From positions 80,724,001 through 80,788,000 of the forward strand of contig NC_043004.1 of the NCBI RefSeq assembly GCF_006345805.1: a stretch of 64,000 nucleotides of DNA, given 5' to 3'. The stretch comes from Octopus sinensis (lineage: Eukaryota). The notes under the pieces are model-generated. The model did no database searches. It saw nothing but the letters and a program-made list of their open reading frames with translations, and was not told the DNA's origin. Numbering within the stretch: position 1 is the stretch's first letter; every line of letters starts with the position of its first letter. Below are positions 14,973 to 29,009 of this stretch, piece after piece. Position numbers and translations under genes: made by a program.

Positions 14973-16199
14973 TGGACAAACATATTCACATGTTTGCCTG
15001 ATTTCTGTAGACTTTATTGTACTTTACACAGCTTCTTGTACTTTTATTTCCAATCAAACTCCTGTTTGTATTTTCAGACACACACACACACACACATACA
15101 TACATACACACATACATACATACATACAAACATACATACATATATACATACATACATATATTTATACACACACACACTCACTCGCTCACATATGCATATG
15201 TAGATACCTTTGTGTTTGTGTGCATTTTTATATTTCGCTTTATTGATCTCTTTGTGACAGTATGTTACTGCATCTACGTATCTCCCGTTGTATGTATATT
15301 TATAACTTCTCACTTTCTCTCTCTCTCTCTAGATACGCACACACCACACACACACACATATTTCATATCTGCGTCCACATGTCTCATTCCTCTCATGTTA
15401 TGTCGGCCTCGTCTCTTTACGCTGTCTCTCTACAATTTAACCATATGTACAATATTCTGAATTTCAAAACACCAAATTTATTCATTTATTCAAAGCTGAG
15501 ATTTCCCTCTGCATCAAAACTCTCAGTAGCAACGGATGAAACCTACGGTTAATCCTAAACTACAAGAAAATAGATTAACCCTTCAGCCTTCAGATTAGAG
15601 GTCAAATATAATCCTTTTTTATCCACATTGTTTTGAATTAATTCTGCATTATCGCATAGCTCTGAGATTTCAATGAAGTGATTGTTTATTTTTAAAATGG
15701 CATTGTAGGATAAGTGTGAGAGGCCTCATATGGTCGAGAGATTTTGAGCTCTCATAAGGAGGCAAGTGTAGGTTCCATCCAACCGCCTCTCAAGCTTCTT
15801 TGATAACGTCCAAGTTTCAACCACTAAGCCACACACCTTCCATTAATAACGTGAATCTTTGAACCAGGTTCAATCTCAGGTCAGTAATAGTGGTTTCATT
15901 TATCTTTGCTGATTCGTTTAGAAGGGGTTAAAAATGGATGGCATGAGGTCTGTCCTTACTTACTCTCACCAACTTTCAGAAACCTTTAATCACAAAAGTT
16001 CAAACGGTCAACATTATTTATTACACAAGTAATTGGAAGATAATACATATATATATATATATATATGTATCCTTTCCACAACTATTATATACACCCTACG
16101 CTATACTGAAACTTCTAAAGACTATAAGTGTAATATTTATGTGCATGTATGTGTATATATATATTAGAAGGCTTGGAGGTGATGCACAGGTATTATATA

Positions 16200-16369
16200 T
16201 TAGAAGAAATAAGGTGCTCAGAGATCTGGATGGTTTTATATTTACAGGTATTTATTAATATGTCACATGTTTTTATAAATCATATATTAGCGCTTGCATC
16301 TACTCTAGTCTACTAGAGTGGATGCCAGCACAAAACCATCCAGATTTCTGAGTACCTTATTTCTTCTAA
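16200..16369. repeat. Fold-back element: 38-bp inverted arms with an internal 14-bp hairpin
   Basis: Seen: arms 16200-16237 and 16332-16369 (2 mismatches), plus hairpin gcatctactctagt-ct-actagagtggatgc at 16296-16325. Confidence 0.85.
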
Positions 16370-16538
16370 CATATATGATATATATAATATATATGTGTGT
16401 GTATAACTGTGTATTAAAAAGTTTGCTTCTCAACCACATGGTTCTGGGTTCAGGCCCACTGCATGGTACCTTGGGCAAGTGTCTTCTACTGTAGCTTTGT
16501 GAATTGATTTGGTAGACGGAAACTGAAAGAAGCCCATC

Positions 16539-16585
<47 letters not shown>

Positions 16586-17024
16586 TGTATGTATGTATGT
16601 ATGTACGTACGTACGTACGTACGTACGTACAATAGAAATATGTTTCAAAAAGAAAGTAGAAACTACACAGGGAAAAAATATGGGGAAAGTAAGAAGAAAA
16701 AAAAGCAAAAAGGCACATTGAATATCAAAACAATAATGGCTTTTTTATGAAAAGTAGTGTTAAATAAACACAATTGGATGAACTAAGGTATATATATGTG
16801 TGTGTGTGTCTGTGTTTGCCCCCACCCCACCATTGAGAAATGCTTAGCAGTATTTCGTCTACCATTACATTCTGAGTTCAAATCCTGTCGAGGTTGACTT
16901 TACCTTTCATCCTTTCGGGGGTTGATTAAATAAGTACCAGTTATGCACTGGGGTCAATATTATTGACTAAATCCCTTTGTCCCTTCTGTGTTTAGCTTCC
17001 TGTCGGCAGTAAAGAAACACATAC

Positions 17025-17079
<55 letters not shown>

Positions 17080-17879
17080 GTGTGTGTGTGTATAAACTTA
17101 TTGGGAATACTCTTTGTGTTTGTGCTCCAGCTAATGTTGGTTTGTTTACATCCCACAGCTGAACAGTTCTGTAAAAGTGGCTTCTATAATAAGTACCAGG
17201 TTTAAAAATACTCTGGTCAAATTCTTCAACTCTAACTAAACTATTCAATGCACTGCTCCAGTATGGCCACAAACTGGTAATTAACACATGTAAAAAAAAA
17301 AAAACAATAGCAGAATTGTATTGAGACATGTATATAATAAATTTCATCAGAAAATACTTTCGTCCACCCCAGTACACCCTTAAGTCCTATTACATACCCA
17401 TAAACAGGTAGATATGAAGCATACTACCCGACCTAAGACAGAAGCAATGAATTTGAGCTGGTTGTCTGTTCGTCTAAACAATGTACCCCTGTCTAAAATA
17501 TACAGATCCGACTTGTTCTCCTTTAACAACTGTATAATTAATCTGTTATAAGATAATCTTTCAGGGTCATATTTATAAACTATTTGTTTTGTTTTTTTTT
17601 TGTTTTTTTTTTTGTCTTTTTAGCTAAATATGTATATTGTATATGGCAACTTTGTTTGGTCCCCACCCCACCCTATTTTATGCCCACTGTTTCATTCTGT
17701 TCAAATGTTCAGTTGTTTTCCCACTTTTGGGGGGTTTTTTTCCATGCTGATGTGTTTTAGGCATTGTTGCACTCCGGGACGCTCTTTCTGTCACTAACCT
17801 TTACTTGGTTTTTCAAATTAGGAATCAATTATTTAAGAGATTTTGATTCTGGACCACCAAGAGCTGCAGTTTTAAGTTC

Positions 17880-18075
17880 TGATCTTTGTGGATCTTACAA
17901 TGTCTTTTGAGGCCTCCGTTAGATTTGCAGACCTTATGGCATACACAGCATCGAAAGCTGTGCACAGATATATATATAGGCAGAGTAATTGGTAGAGGTT
18001 CGTTTTTCATGGGTCTGCAAACGAGATTTGAGCCCAGCTAAAGAAAGGCATGGTCTGTCACAGATTGTGTACACT
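17880..18075 (-). mobile_element. Degenerate tandem C2H2 zinc fingers, probably a non-LTR retrotransposon ORF end
   Basis: Seen: intact CCVC-HKVCKSNGGLKR-HCKIH (17950-17888) and decayed (Y)TIC-DRPCLSLAGLKS-(R)LQTH (18071-18009), in different frames across a (TA)n run. The LINE assignment is inference. Confidence 0.55.
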
Positions 18076-18892
18076 AAAAGGTCATTGAGAGCGCCACTGG
18101 TGATCTGAACTAATAATAAGCAAAAAGGCCACTGGTGGTCTAGACTGGGAATGCTTCAAGTGATAAGCTACTTTGGATCCAAGTTCACAACAGGCGCTGG
18201 AGTTGGGGATCCATTGTCTACTTCCAAGTCAGCAGGTATAAATTAAAGGAAGAGGAAAACAAGATCAAAGCAGGACAAGTTTATCAGAGCATTTAAATTA
18301 TTTTAATGGTGAATCGAAGCCAGCAAAAGTAAATAGTAATGTCTTAACAGCTGTTTCGGGGATATCCCAAGTAATGAATCAATGTTTTGATCCCCATTTC
18401 CATAATCTGGGTATTTTGTCATTGGAGACAGGATATATATGCAGGAAACTTTTATGTGGAGACTTAGATACAAAATTTGATGTAGAGAAACGTGTAGGAA
18501 GGTATGAAGTTCAAGGCTCATAAGGTCACTCTATTCTGGAGGGTATGGGGCTTTATCCAAATTACCTCCCTACGTATAAGCCCAGGCAAATCGCTAGTTC
18601 AGAAAGTGGGCTGGGTAATGCATCTGTTCACAAATCCCTTAATGAGGATTTGTGAACTGCTATTATATATGACAGACTTCTTTCCGTTTCCGACTACCAG
18701 ATGTACTCACAAGCCTTTGGTTGAGCTGAGATTGTAGTAGAAGACACTTGCCCATGGTGCCATGCAGCGGGACTGAACCCAGAACCACGTGGTTCAGAAG
18801 CAAACTTCTCACCACCCAACCACACCTGTGCCTTTGTATACTATTAGTTTTAAAGAATTTAATATCAAGTCCTGTATAGACACTACAAGCTT

Positions 18893-19320
18893 GGTACTGG
18901 CAGAAATGTTAGCATGCCGGGTGAAATGCTTAGAGGTATTTCATCTGTCTTTATGTTCTAAGTTCAAATTCTGCCGAGGTCGGCTTTGCCTTTCATCCTT
19001 TCGGGGTTGATAAATTAAGTACCAGTTGAACTCTGGGGTTGATGTAATTGACTTATCCTCTCTTAAGAACTTGCTGGCCATGTGTTAAAGTTTGGGGCCA
19101 TTGTAAAAGCTGCAAGCTGGCAGAATTGTTAGCACACCGGGCGAAATGCTTAACAATATTTCTTCTGTTTTTACATTTAGTGTTCAAATTCTGCCGAGGT
19201 CGACTTTGCTTTTCATCCTTTCGGGGTCGATAAATTAAGTACCAGTTGAGTACTGGGGTCGATCTAATCAACTGGCTTCCAACCCCAAAATTCCAGGCCT
19301 TGTGCCTAGGGTAGAAAAGA
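18893..19320 (+). mobile_element. Tandem pair of SINE B copies
   Basis: Seen: heads at about 18893 and 19113. Confidence 0.8.
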
Positions 19321-20041
19321 ATATCTCTCTGCCAAATCTTCCAGGGTTATAGCTGAAGGCACTTTCTCCAAGGTGCCATTGAGTGGGACTGAACTTGTAA
19401 CCGTGTGGTTGGAAAGCAAACTTCTTAAACACCTGGCCACGTATGCATCTTGTGTAGATGAATCCTTAAGTTGGTGCCACATTGGCATTAGGAAAGGTAA
19501 CTAACCATATAAACCATGCCAAAACAGATAACTGGAACCGGTGTAGCTCTCTGTCTTGCCAGTTCTTTATCATAGTGTCCAATCCACGCCAGCATTGAAG
19601 ATGGACATTAAATGATGATGATGTTGGCGGTGGCGACAACGGCGGCAATGGCGACGATGATTGTGTAAAAATAGTTTTCTGTGTTGACTGAAACATTTGG
19701 CTCAGGGTCCTTTAAATGCTAGAACCCTCACTTCATCTCCCCCCACCACTACTACCGCATCAATACAAGGGACCTATGTATTCACAGAGGGAGTTGATTA
19801 AACAATGAAGTATCGAAGTATCATTACGACCATGGGGCATCTTGGTGTCGATCGTATTGTAAAAGGTTTCCAGTTTGCTGTTGTTAGGAATTAGGTCTCG
19901 GACAGAGTTGCTGGTAGTTGTTGTTGTTGTTGTTGATGTGGTGGTGGTGGTGGTGGTGGCAGTTGTGTTGGTTGTAGTTCTGCTTGTCTGTTGATAGTGA
20001 GGATGTCATCATGTTGCTCCTCTGTCTCTCTCCCTCCCTCT

Positions 20042-20076
<35 letters not shown>

Positions 20077-20310
20077 ATGTATCTGTGTATTGCTGTATAT
20101 ATGTATATGTGTATATATATGTGTGTGTGTGTGTGTGCATATATATATATATATATATACTTACACATACATGCACATATATACACTTATATATGCATGC
20201 ACACATACACATACATATATACGTATACACACACAGGTATATGCATTATGCGTGTGTATGGTTCTCCTGTGTCTATACACGTATACACACATACATGTAC
20301 ACACCTTACA

Positions 20311-20388
<78 letters not shown>

Positions 20389-20552
20389 GTATATTCTCTG
20401 TACCAACACAATATATATAATGTGTGTAAATATGCATGTGTGTGTGTGTATATACACACGCATTACTCATAAATTGTGGGTATGTGTGTATAATCTCTTA
20501 TCTACTAACACTGGAAGTTGTCTTCCATTTTTAGTTGCTAAAACCACCTGCT

Positions 20553-20604
<52 letters not shown>

Positions 20605-22369
20605 CCTCTCTCACTCTTTTTAACCACTCTGCTCTCCCTGCCCCCGCACCCCCCTCCTTTCAATCACCACTGACACCCTCTTCCTCTCTTTTTCCTCCTG
20701 CAGACTATTCCAAACCTAGCAACAGACCCCAGTGTGATGCAACCTCGCCTAAACACACCGCCCTCCTCTTCCTCCTCCTCCTCCTCCTCCTCCTCCTCCC
20801 TTACTATGCACCAACCACCTAACCTTGCTGCTTGCTAATGGATGTGTCTGAAAGTAAAAAAAAAAAAAAAAACACAAAAAAACAATACAGTACTTGATCA
20901 TATATACATATAGTAGCTGTGAGTGTGTGTATATAAATATATAAATATATACACACACAAACACATAAATTTATGCATGTAAATGCATACATACACACAT
21001 TTGTGTATGTATGCATATATTTATATATGTATGTATGCATTCATGTGTGTGTGTCTATATATACATATACATAAGTATACACACACATTTGTGTATGTAT
21101 GCATATATGTATATAAACACATTTGTGTATGTGTATATGCATATATTTATATATACATATACATAAGTATACACACACGTTGTTTAATACATATAGATAC
21201 AAAGAGACACACACATATATGCTTATATACATACACACACACATGACTATATACATGTGTGTGTGTGTGGATTTGTGCATTCAGAATGGGAGAGAGAAAG
21301 GCTAAGAGTTGTTAACACATGTGGTATGTCCACACACACACATTTGCATCTGCAAGTATGCATTATCTAAGGTGGTGGTGTTTAGTCATAGGTCAACTCT
21401 GACCAAGTCGACATAAACCGACCTTCCAACTGTGACCATCTAGAAGACTAAAGATTTTAATTCCGCTGAGTCAACTTTGCCTTTCATCCTTTAGGGGGTC
21501 GATTAAATAAGTACCAGTTAAACCACTGGGGTCGATATAATCGACTTCATCCATTTGACTATCCTTGTGTGTCCCTTCTGTGTGTAGCCCCTTCTAGGCA
21601 GTAAAGAAATAAGAAACTGAAAGAAGCCTGTCGTGTGTATATGTGTGTATGGTAGCTGTGTGGTAAGAAGTTTACTTCTCAGCCACATGTTTCTGGGTTC
21701 AGTCCCACTGCATGGCACCTTGAGTAAGTTGTCTTCTACTTATAGCCTCAGTCTCACCGAATCTTTGTGAATGGATTTGGGAGACAGAAACTGAAAGAAG
21801 CTCGTCAGGTTTGTGTGTGTGTGTGTGTGTGTGCACGTGTGTTTGCATGTGTGTGTGTGTGTGTGCATGCCTATGTCTTTTTGGGTGTGTGTTTGTCTTC
21901 CACTGCCATTTGGTAATTGTTGCTGTTTCGTTTATATTCCTATAACTTAGCAGTTCAGCAAAAGGGATCAATCAAATTGGTCCTGGGGTCAATTCATTTG
22001 ACTAAAAACCCTTTGAGGCGGTGCCCCAGCATGGCCACAGTCCAATGAGTGAAACAAGTAAAATGATAAAGAGGTACAAATATGTGTGTGTTGTTGTTGT
22101 TGCACTTCCTTGCATTATTGTTGCTTTCAAATGATACCGCCACACTGGTGAGGCATGCAGGCCCACACATCTTCTGAACAGAATGCCAGCCAGTGACAGG
22201 GTTATCCATTTACAGCTGAGTAAACTGAGGCATGAAATGAAGTTTTTTGCTGAAGAACACAACACACTGCCTGTCTGGGAATTGAACCCACTATCTTGCA
22301 GGTCCTAAGTGCAACACCTTCACTGCTTGGCCATGTGTCTTCTCTATCTCTCTTTGGCTGTCTGCTCAC

Positions 22370-22779
22370 CCCACTCCTTTTCTCTCTCTCTCTCTTTTTC
22401 TCTCTGTTTCTCTCTCTCTCTTTCTCTGTTTCACTCTCTCTCTTTTTCTTGTCTTTCTCTCTCTTCCTCTGTCTCCCTCCCTATCTCTCTTTCTCTGGCT
22501 CTTTGTTTCTCTCTCTTTCTCTGCCTGTCTGTCTCTCTCTTTCTCTCATTATCTGTCTCTGTTTCTCTCTCTTTTTCTGTCTCTCTCTTTCTCTGTCGGT
22601 CTGTCTCTCTCTCTTTCTCCCCCTCTCTCCCTCCCTCTCTCTGTTTCTCTCTTCCTCTGTCTCCCTCCATATCTCTCTCTTTCTCTGTCTCTCTGTTTCT
22701 CTCTCTTTCTCTGCCTCTCTCTCTCTTTCTCCCATTCTCTGTCGCTGTTTCTCTCTCTTTCTCTGTCTCTCTCTCTCTT

Positions 22780-22811
<32 letters not shown>

Positions 22812-22825
22812 CCTCTCTCCCCCTT
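22370..22825. repeat. Degenerate (CT)n polypyrimidine microsatellite
   Basis: Seen directly. Similar blocks lie near 13220-13600, 14220-14620 and 49930-50190. Confidence 0.95.
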
Positions 22826-23867
22826 ACACACACACAAATAAATGACGTGACACTGATTATAACCATCAACATGCAATATTCCTGCAAAATACATTTAGGG
22901 GTGTGTTCTTCATCTAAATACCCTGAGTATATATATACCCATGTACATCAGTGGTATTGCCATTCTCCCTGCCCAGTTGTACTCATTAAATATTATTTCA
23001 GTGCTAATAATTAATTTATCCTTCATTATTAGTTGTACTCGTTATACAAGTATTATGTAACGAATTGACTTCATTTGCAGAATGGACTGACCTAGCAGGA
23101 TGCATTGAGGCTTTAAATATATACGAAATTTATTTATAATATATTTATATTCAGTTTGTGAGTGTTTTTATGTGTATCTACGTTCGGTAATTCATTTTTT
23201 TTATTCATCATCATCATCATCATCATCATTATCATCGTTTGAACATCTTTTCCAAGCTTGCATAGTAGTAGTAGCAGCAGTAGTAGTAGTAGTAGTAGTG
23301 ATGGTCATCATCGTCATTCTCCTCCTCCTCATCTTCATCATCATCATCATCATCACCATCACTGTCGTCGTCATCCTCATCTTCATTATCATCGTCACCC
23401 TCAATATCTTCATCATTATCATCATCATCATCATTTAACGTCCATCTTCCATGCTGGCATGGGTTGGACAGTTTGATAAGAACTGGCAAGCCAGAGAGCT
23501 GCACCAGACTCCAATTGTCTGTTTTGGCAGGGTTTCTACAGTCGGATGCCCTTCCTAAAGCCAATCACTTTATTAGGGGTATTGGAGGCTTCTCACACTC
23601 ACAGACACATGGTGCATATAAGCACTCATGTTTATACCACCAGTGGCAGATAATCATCCATTATCGATGATGGGACTGCCAAACCTCATGATTTCGGCCT
23701 TCCTTCTGTGTGTGTGTGTGTGTGTGTGTATGTATATAGGAATGGCTATGTGGTAAGTAGCTTGCTTACCAACCACATGATTCTGGGTTCAATCTCACTG
23801 CATGGCATCTTGGGCAACTGTCTTCTACTATGTAGTTTATTTTGATTATTAGGGTCTATATATATAT

Positions 23868-24263
23868 ATTCTTTTATTTGTTTGAGTCATTTGACTGTGG
23901 CAATGCTGGAGCACTGCCTTTAGTCAAACAAATCGACCCCAGGACTTATTCTTTTGTAAGCCTAGTACTTATTCTATTGGTCTCTTTGCTGAACCACTAA
24001 GTTATGGGGATGTAACGGCATCAGCATCGGTTGTCAAGCGACAGTTGTTGGACAAACACTGACAACCAAACATATATATATATATATATATATATATACG
24101 ACAGGCTTCTTTCAGTTTCTACTTCTACCAAATCCACTCACAAGGCTTTGGTTGGCCCGAGACTATAGCAGAAGACACTTGCCCAAGGTGCCATGCAGTG
24201 GGACTGAACCCGGAACCATGTGGTTCATAAGCAACAAGCTGCTTACCACACAGCCATGCCTGC
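23868..24263 (-). mobile_element. Full-length SINE family A (tRNA head, CORE-like CCTTGGGCAAGTG block, internal microsatellite)
   Basis: Seen: one of the most abundant families, with many copies (e.g. 2313, 3530, 4690, 16405, 18660, 21650, 34478, 39770, 42930, 50220, 52090). The CORE-like label is from memory. Confidence 0.85.
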
Positions 24264-25239
24264 GCCTAAATGATATATATATGATATATATGCGCACCAG
24301 AAATAGATATGATATCGATAAGCAAAACACAAATATTTCAAGTTGTTATGTGTATATATGAGTGTATATATACTTGTGTGTGTATGTGTGTGTTGTACAT
24401 GTTTATATTTGACCTTTATTACCAAATTAGGTTATTAACCTTGTTCGTCAAATTTATTTGCTTGTAGCAACAGCAGTAGTAGTTTTAGCAACAAAATGAT
24501 GATTGTGTATGTGAGGAAGGTTTGGAAGTTTATCATTTAGTTGTGGCGGCGGCGGTAGTGGAGGAGGTGGTGGTGGTGGTGGTGGTGGTAGGAGTAGGAG
24601 TACTAATAGTGGTAGTATCAACAGTTGTTGTAAAACTGGTTGGCATGGCTGCACTAATCCTCAGATAATACCAACAGATCCCTACTGACAACTTTACATA
24701 GATTAGTGAGCTTGAAACTGCATAAATTCTGTTTTAGTTTTTCAGGTGGTGAGGGAAAGGATGAGGAGAGAAGCGAAGATGCAGTTTCTCTTTTTTTTTT
24801 GTCTTTTTTTTTTGCTCTATTACTGCCCCCCATCCTCTTCCTCCTCCTCCCCACACTCTCTCCTCTTTGGTTTCCTTTTCCTGAACATTCGGAGCATTTA
24901 GTACTTACTTCGAGTTTTCTATATAAGTAAATTTTCAAACCTGCTGCTGCCGCTCCTCCTGCTGCTGCTGCTGATGCTTGTTTTAGATTATGTTATTTTC
25001 AGTTTCGTTAAAAAATACTTCAATTAACAAATTCATAACACTACAGCTTTCGTGGTTGTGTGGTTGAGAAGTTTGTTTCCCAACTTTGTGGTTAGGGTTC
25101 AGTCCCACTACACAGCACCTTGGGCAAGAATCTTCTGTTATAGCCCCTGGTTGATCAAAACCTTCTGAGTAGATCTGGTAGACCAAAACTAAAAGATGGT
25201 CACCATGTGCATATGTATGTGTGTTGTTCCTTCTCGAGC

Positions 25240-25522
25240 TATACCTGGCTCATAAGGGCCAGTTTCCCAGTTTCTTTGGCGTATAGGTCCCCACCTGGAT
25301 GGATGCTGGTCCGTCACAGGTGGACTGCTAAATGCAGGAGGAAAGAGTGAGAGAAAATTGTGGCGAAAGAGTCAGCAGAAGTTTCGCCATTACATTCTGC
25401 CAGAGTCGCGTGGAGCTTAGGTGTTTCACTCATAAACACACACACATCGCCCGGTCTGAGATTCGAACCCGCGATCCCTCAACCACGAGTCCGCTGCTCT
25501 AACCATTAGGCCATGTGCCTCT
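25240..25522 (-). mobile_element. SINE with family-D head and body but a different 3' part
   Basis: Seen: matches family D up to the gagtgagagaaa block, then diverges. Confidence 0.65.
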
Positions 25523-26561
25523 ACATATGCATGTGTGTGTGTGTGTGTATGTGTGTCCTTGTCTTGACATTATGTGATGGTTTTAGATGGTCGTAAGTCT
25601 CATACTAGCAATGTTGTCTTTTTCTCAGTCTTCTGAGAAAAACATGTCTGGACATGTGGAAATTTGCTCAGAAACAGCTGAAGGTTGATGACAGGAGGAG
25701 CATCCTGCCATAGAAAATCTGCCTCAATAAACTTAATAGTGGGGTGGGTATTTTCAAGAATTCTCCACATCTTATATGACATAGTCCACTCATTTTAGCC
25801 AATCGTAACAAATTTGTTGAGTATCCACAAAAACATATTCAGCATAATGGGTGTGGGTGTCAGTTTCTTTCCTTTGCCACTGTAGGGCCAACGGAATCAT
25901 ACTTGATCAGAGCAGTTTAATAATAACAACAACAACAATTATAAAACGATTTCAGCTAAGTCCTGAAAACACTTCAAACTCCCACATGAATCACTCTAAT
26001 GTGAATATTACTCTACACATATCTTCTTAGTGGCAATCAGTGCCAGACTGCTTAATCTATCAAAAATCTAATGTACCGTTTCCAACTGGGAGTCCATGGA
26101 ATATAGCAATAAATAAAACAACTGCATATGTGAGTCATGTTTTGTGTATTTAATTCTGAATTCATAATTTTATTATACACACTCACTGTGTACTCCCTTA
26201 AGTAAAGAAATCCTGGAATCTGTAGATGTAGTGATGAGACCCAATGGGCAAACATGACCCCTTAACAGGGAATTGTAGGGGAATTTAGTGTAAATGGGAT
26301 TTTGATTGAAATTAGATTCCTTTAACCATTTTTAGTGGTGTCTAATGGATTTAGGACAGATGAAACTTTTAAGGACATTTTGATGTTGGTTTGTTTATAT
26401 CCCCATAACAAAGAAGTTTGGTAAAAAGCGACTGATAAAATAAATACCAGACTTTGAAAAAATAAGTACTGGGGTTGATTTGTTTCACCAAATCTTTTTA
26501 CACAGTGCCCCAGTATGGCCACAGTCAAATGACTAAAACAAGATATAGAAAATGAATAGGT

Positions 26562-26925
26562 GCAGACATGGCTGTGTGGTAAGAAGATTTCTTCCTAACC
26601 ACATGGTTCTGGGTTCAGTCTCGCTAAGTGGCACCTTGGGCAAATGTCTTCTATTGTACCCTTAGGCCCACCAAAATTTTGTGAGTGGATTTGGTAGACA
26701 GAAACTGAAAGAAGCCCATCATGTGTATGTGTGTCTGTGTGTCCCCCACTACCATTTGCCAACACTGGTGTTGGGGTGCTTATGTCCTTGTAACTTAGCA
26801 GTTTGGCAAAAGTGACCGATAGAATAAGTACTTGGGTTGATTCATTTGACAAAAAAAAATTCTTCGAGTCAGTGCTCCAGCATGGCCACAGTTTAATGAC
26901 TCAACCAACGAGTAAAACATAAAAA
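26562..26925 (+). mobile_element. Full-length SINE family A copy
   Basis: Seen: colinear with 23868-24263 in the opposite orientation. Confidence 0.85.
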
Positions 26926-27540
26926 GATAGTAGTAGCATCCTGATATATTGAAGAATTTTCGTGAGTTTCCATAAGAGTAAAATGGATGAGAAAAGCCAT
27001 TCTGATAAGCATGAAAGTCTCTGGTCCAAACTCTGTTCTTTTGCAGAGAACTGAAGAGTATGGAAGTTGTTTAAAACCAAGTTCCATAGAATTCCAATGC
27101 TCTTATCTATCAATTCTACAACATTGCTTCTGCATTATTTCCAAAGAATAAAAATAAAATGAAATGAAAGAATCAGAAGAAAAGAAGAGGAATTAATAGG
27201 TTGTTAAGAGTCCATTAATTTACATATATTTTTCAGGCGCCATTATATTAGAATGGTAACAATTGAAAACAACTCGTTACCGATTCTTTATTCCAAACAT
27301 GTGGTCTCCTAGTAACTCACTATAAAAGTCTATTAGTCTGGTTTTTAACTGATTTTTTTTTCAAAAGCATGGATTCATTGCCAAGTATGTATGGTTGTAC
27401 GTACGGATGGGCATATGTGAATACACACATACAAACACGTGCGCACACACACACACATCTATAGATGCATGAATGGCAAAAACACACACATCAGTGGAGA
27501 TACACACATGCATTTATATGTATATATGTGTGCGTGTGTA

Positions 27541-27576
<36 letters not shown>

Positions 27577-27648
27577 CACACAGATATATATATGTGTGTG
27601 TGTATGTATGTATAGGTATATACTTATGTATATATTTATATGCATCCC

Positions 27649-27717
<69 letters not shown>

Positions 27718-27770
27718 CATACATGCATTTGTATAGGTACACACACATATATGCATGTTTGTATGTGTAA

Positions 27771-27810
<40 letters not shown>

Positions 27811-27857
27811 AACCAATGCTGTATAAATGTGAATGTGTATACCTGTACATGTATGTA

Positions 27858-27928
<71 letters not shown>

Positions 27929-29009
27929 TACACATATATATACACATATATACATACACGCACACACATATATACATACACACTCACACACACCCACACA
28001 CATATATATATATATATAATTGTTTAGAAAGTACATTTGTTACATTAAATGTGAATGTGTTCATTGCTAAAATATATGCAGTTAGGAGAAAGCAAAAAGA
28101 AAACAAAATCGTATTTATTTTCCTCATTTTTATGTATATATAAGTACAGTGTGTGTGTGTGTGTGTGTGTGCGTGTGTATTTGTATCTCTTCCATGAACT
28201 TACATGAACGCATACTTCATGTGCCGCATGCATTTCGGTCTATGAGAAAGAAAACTTAATAGGTATCTTATCGCACACGCATATATCCATACATAAGCGC
28301 AGACACACACACACACCACACACACACACCTTGCTTGGTATGTAAGGGAGACCATTGGTTTGTCTTAGTTTCTTTACAATAAAAGAACTCTTCAATCATT
28401 TTAGACCTCTTATCTAGGTGAGGAGATAAAAGTCAGTCAGTTGGTGACCTTTTAGCTTCACCCTTGTTGCCATGCATAAAATTATCAATTGCCAGAAAAG
28501 GTTAAAACCATTTTAGCTGTTACCTTACCCTGCATGTATATGTGTGCGTGTATTTGTGCATGTGTATATCTATCTATATATGTATGTATATGTGTATATA
28601 TACGTGTGTAGGAATATGTGTGTGTGTGTGTATTCTCCTTTCTATCCGTTCTTTGACTAGATTAACCAGATTCATCTTCACACATTGTTCATGAAAATTT
28701 TCTTTTATAATTTTTTTTACATTTCATATATATCGTTTTATCTTAGTTTTTCGACCCCCTTGCCTATCCCCCTACATTCATCTATTTATTTATTTATTTC
28801 ATAACTGAGATAATTGGGGCTTTTTTTCTTTTTTGTTTTTTTTTTTCTCCTGAATTTTTGATAAAATCTTTCAAAATTTGATTTAAAAAATGGTACTAGT
28901 TTGGTAGATTCTGCAGTCTAGAATAATGGTTGATTTGAAGTTAAAGTTCATTAAATTGGTTCTCTTGTAATTCTAGTAAATTCTTCGTTTCATAATTCTC
29001 CTGTTGCAT

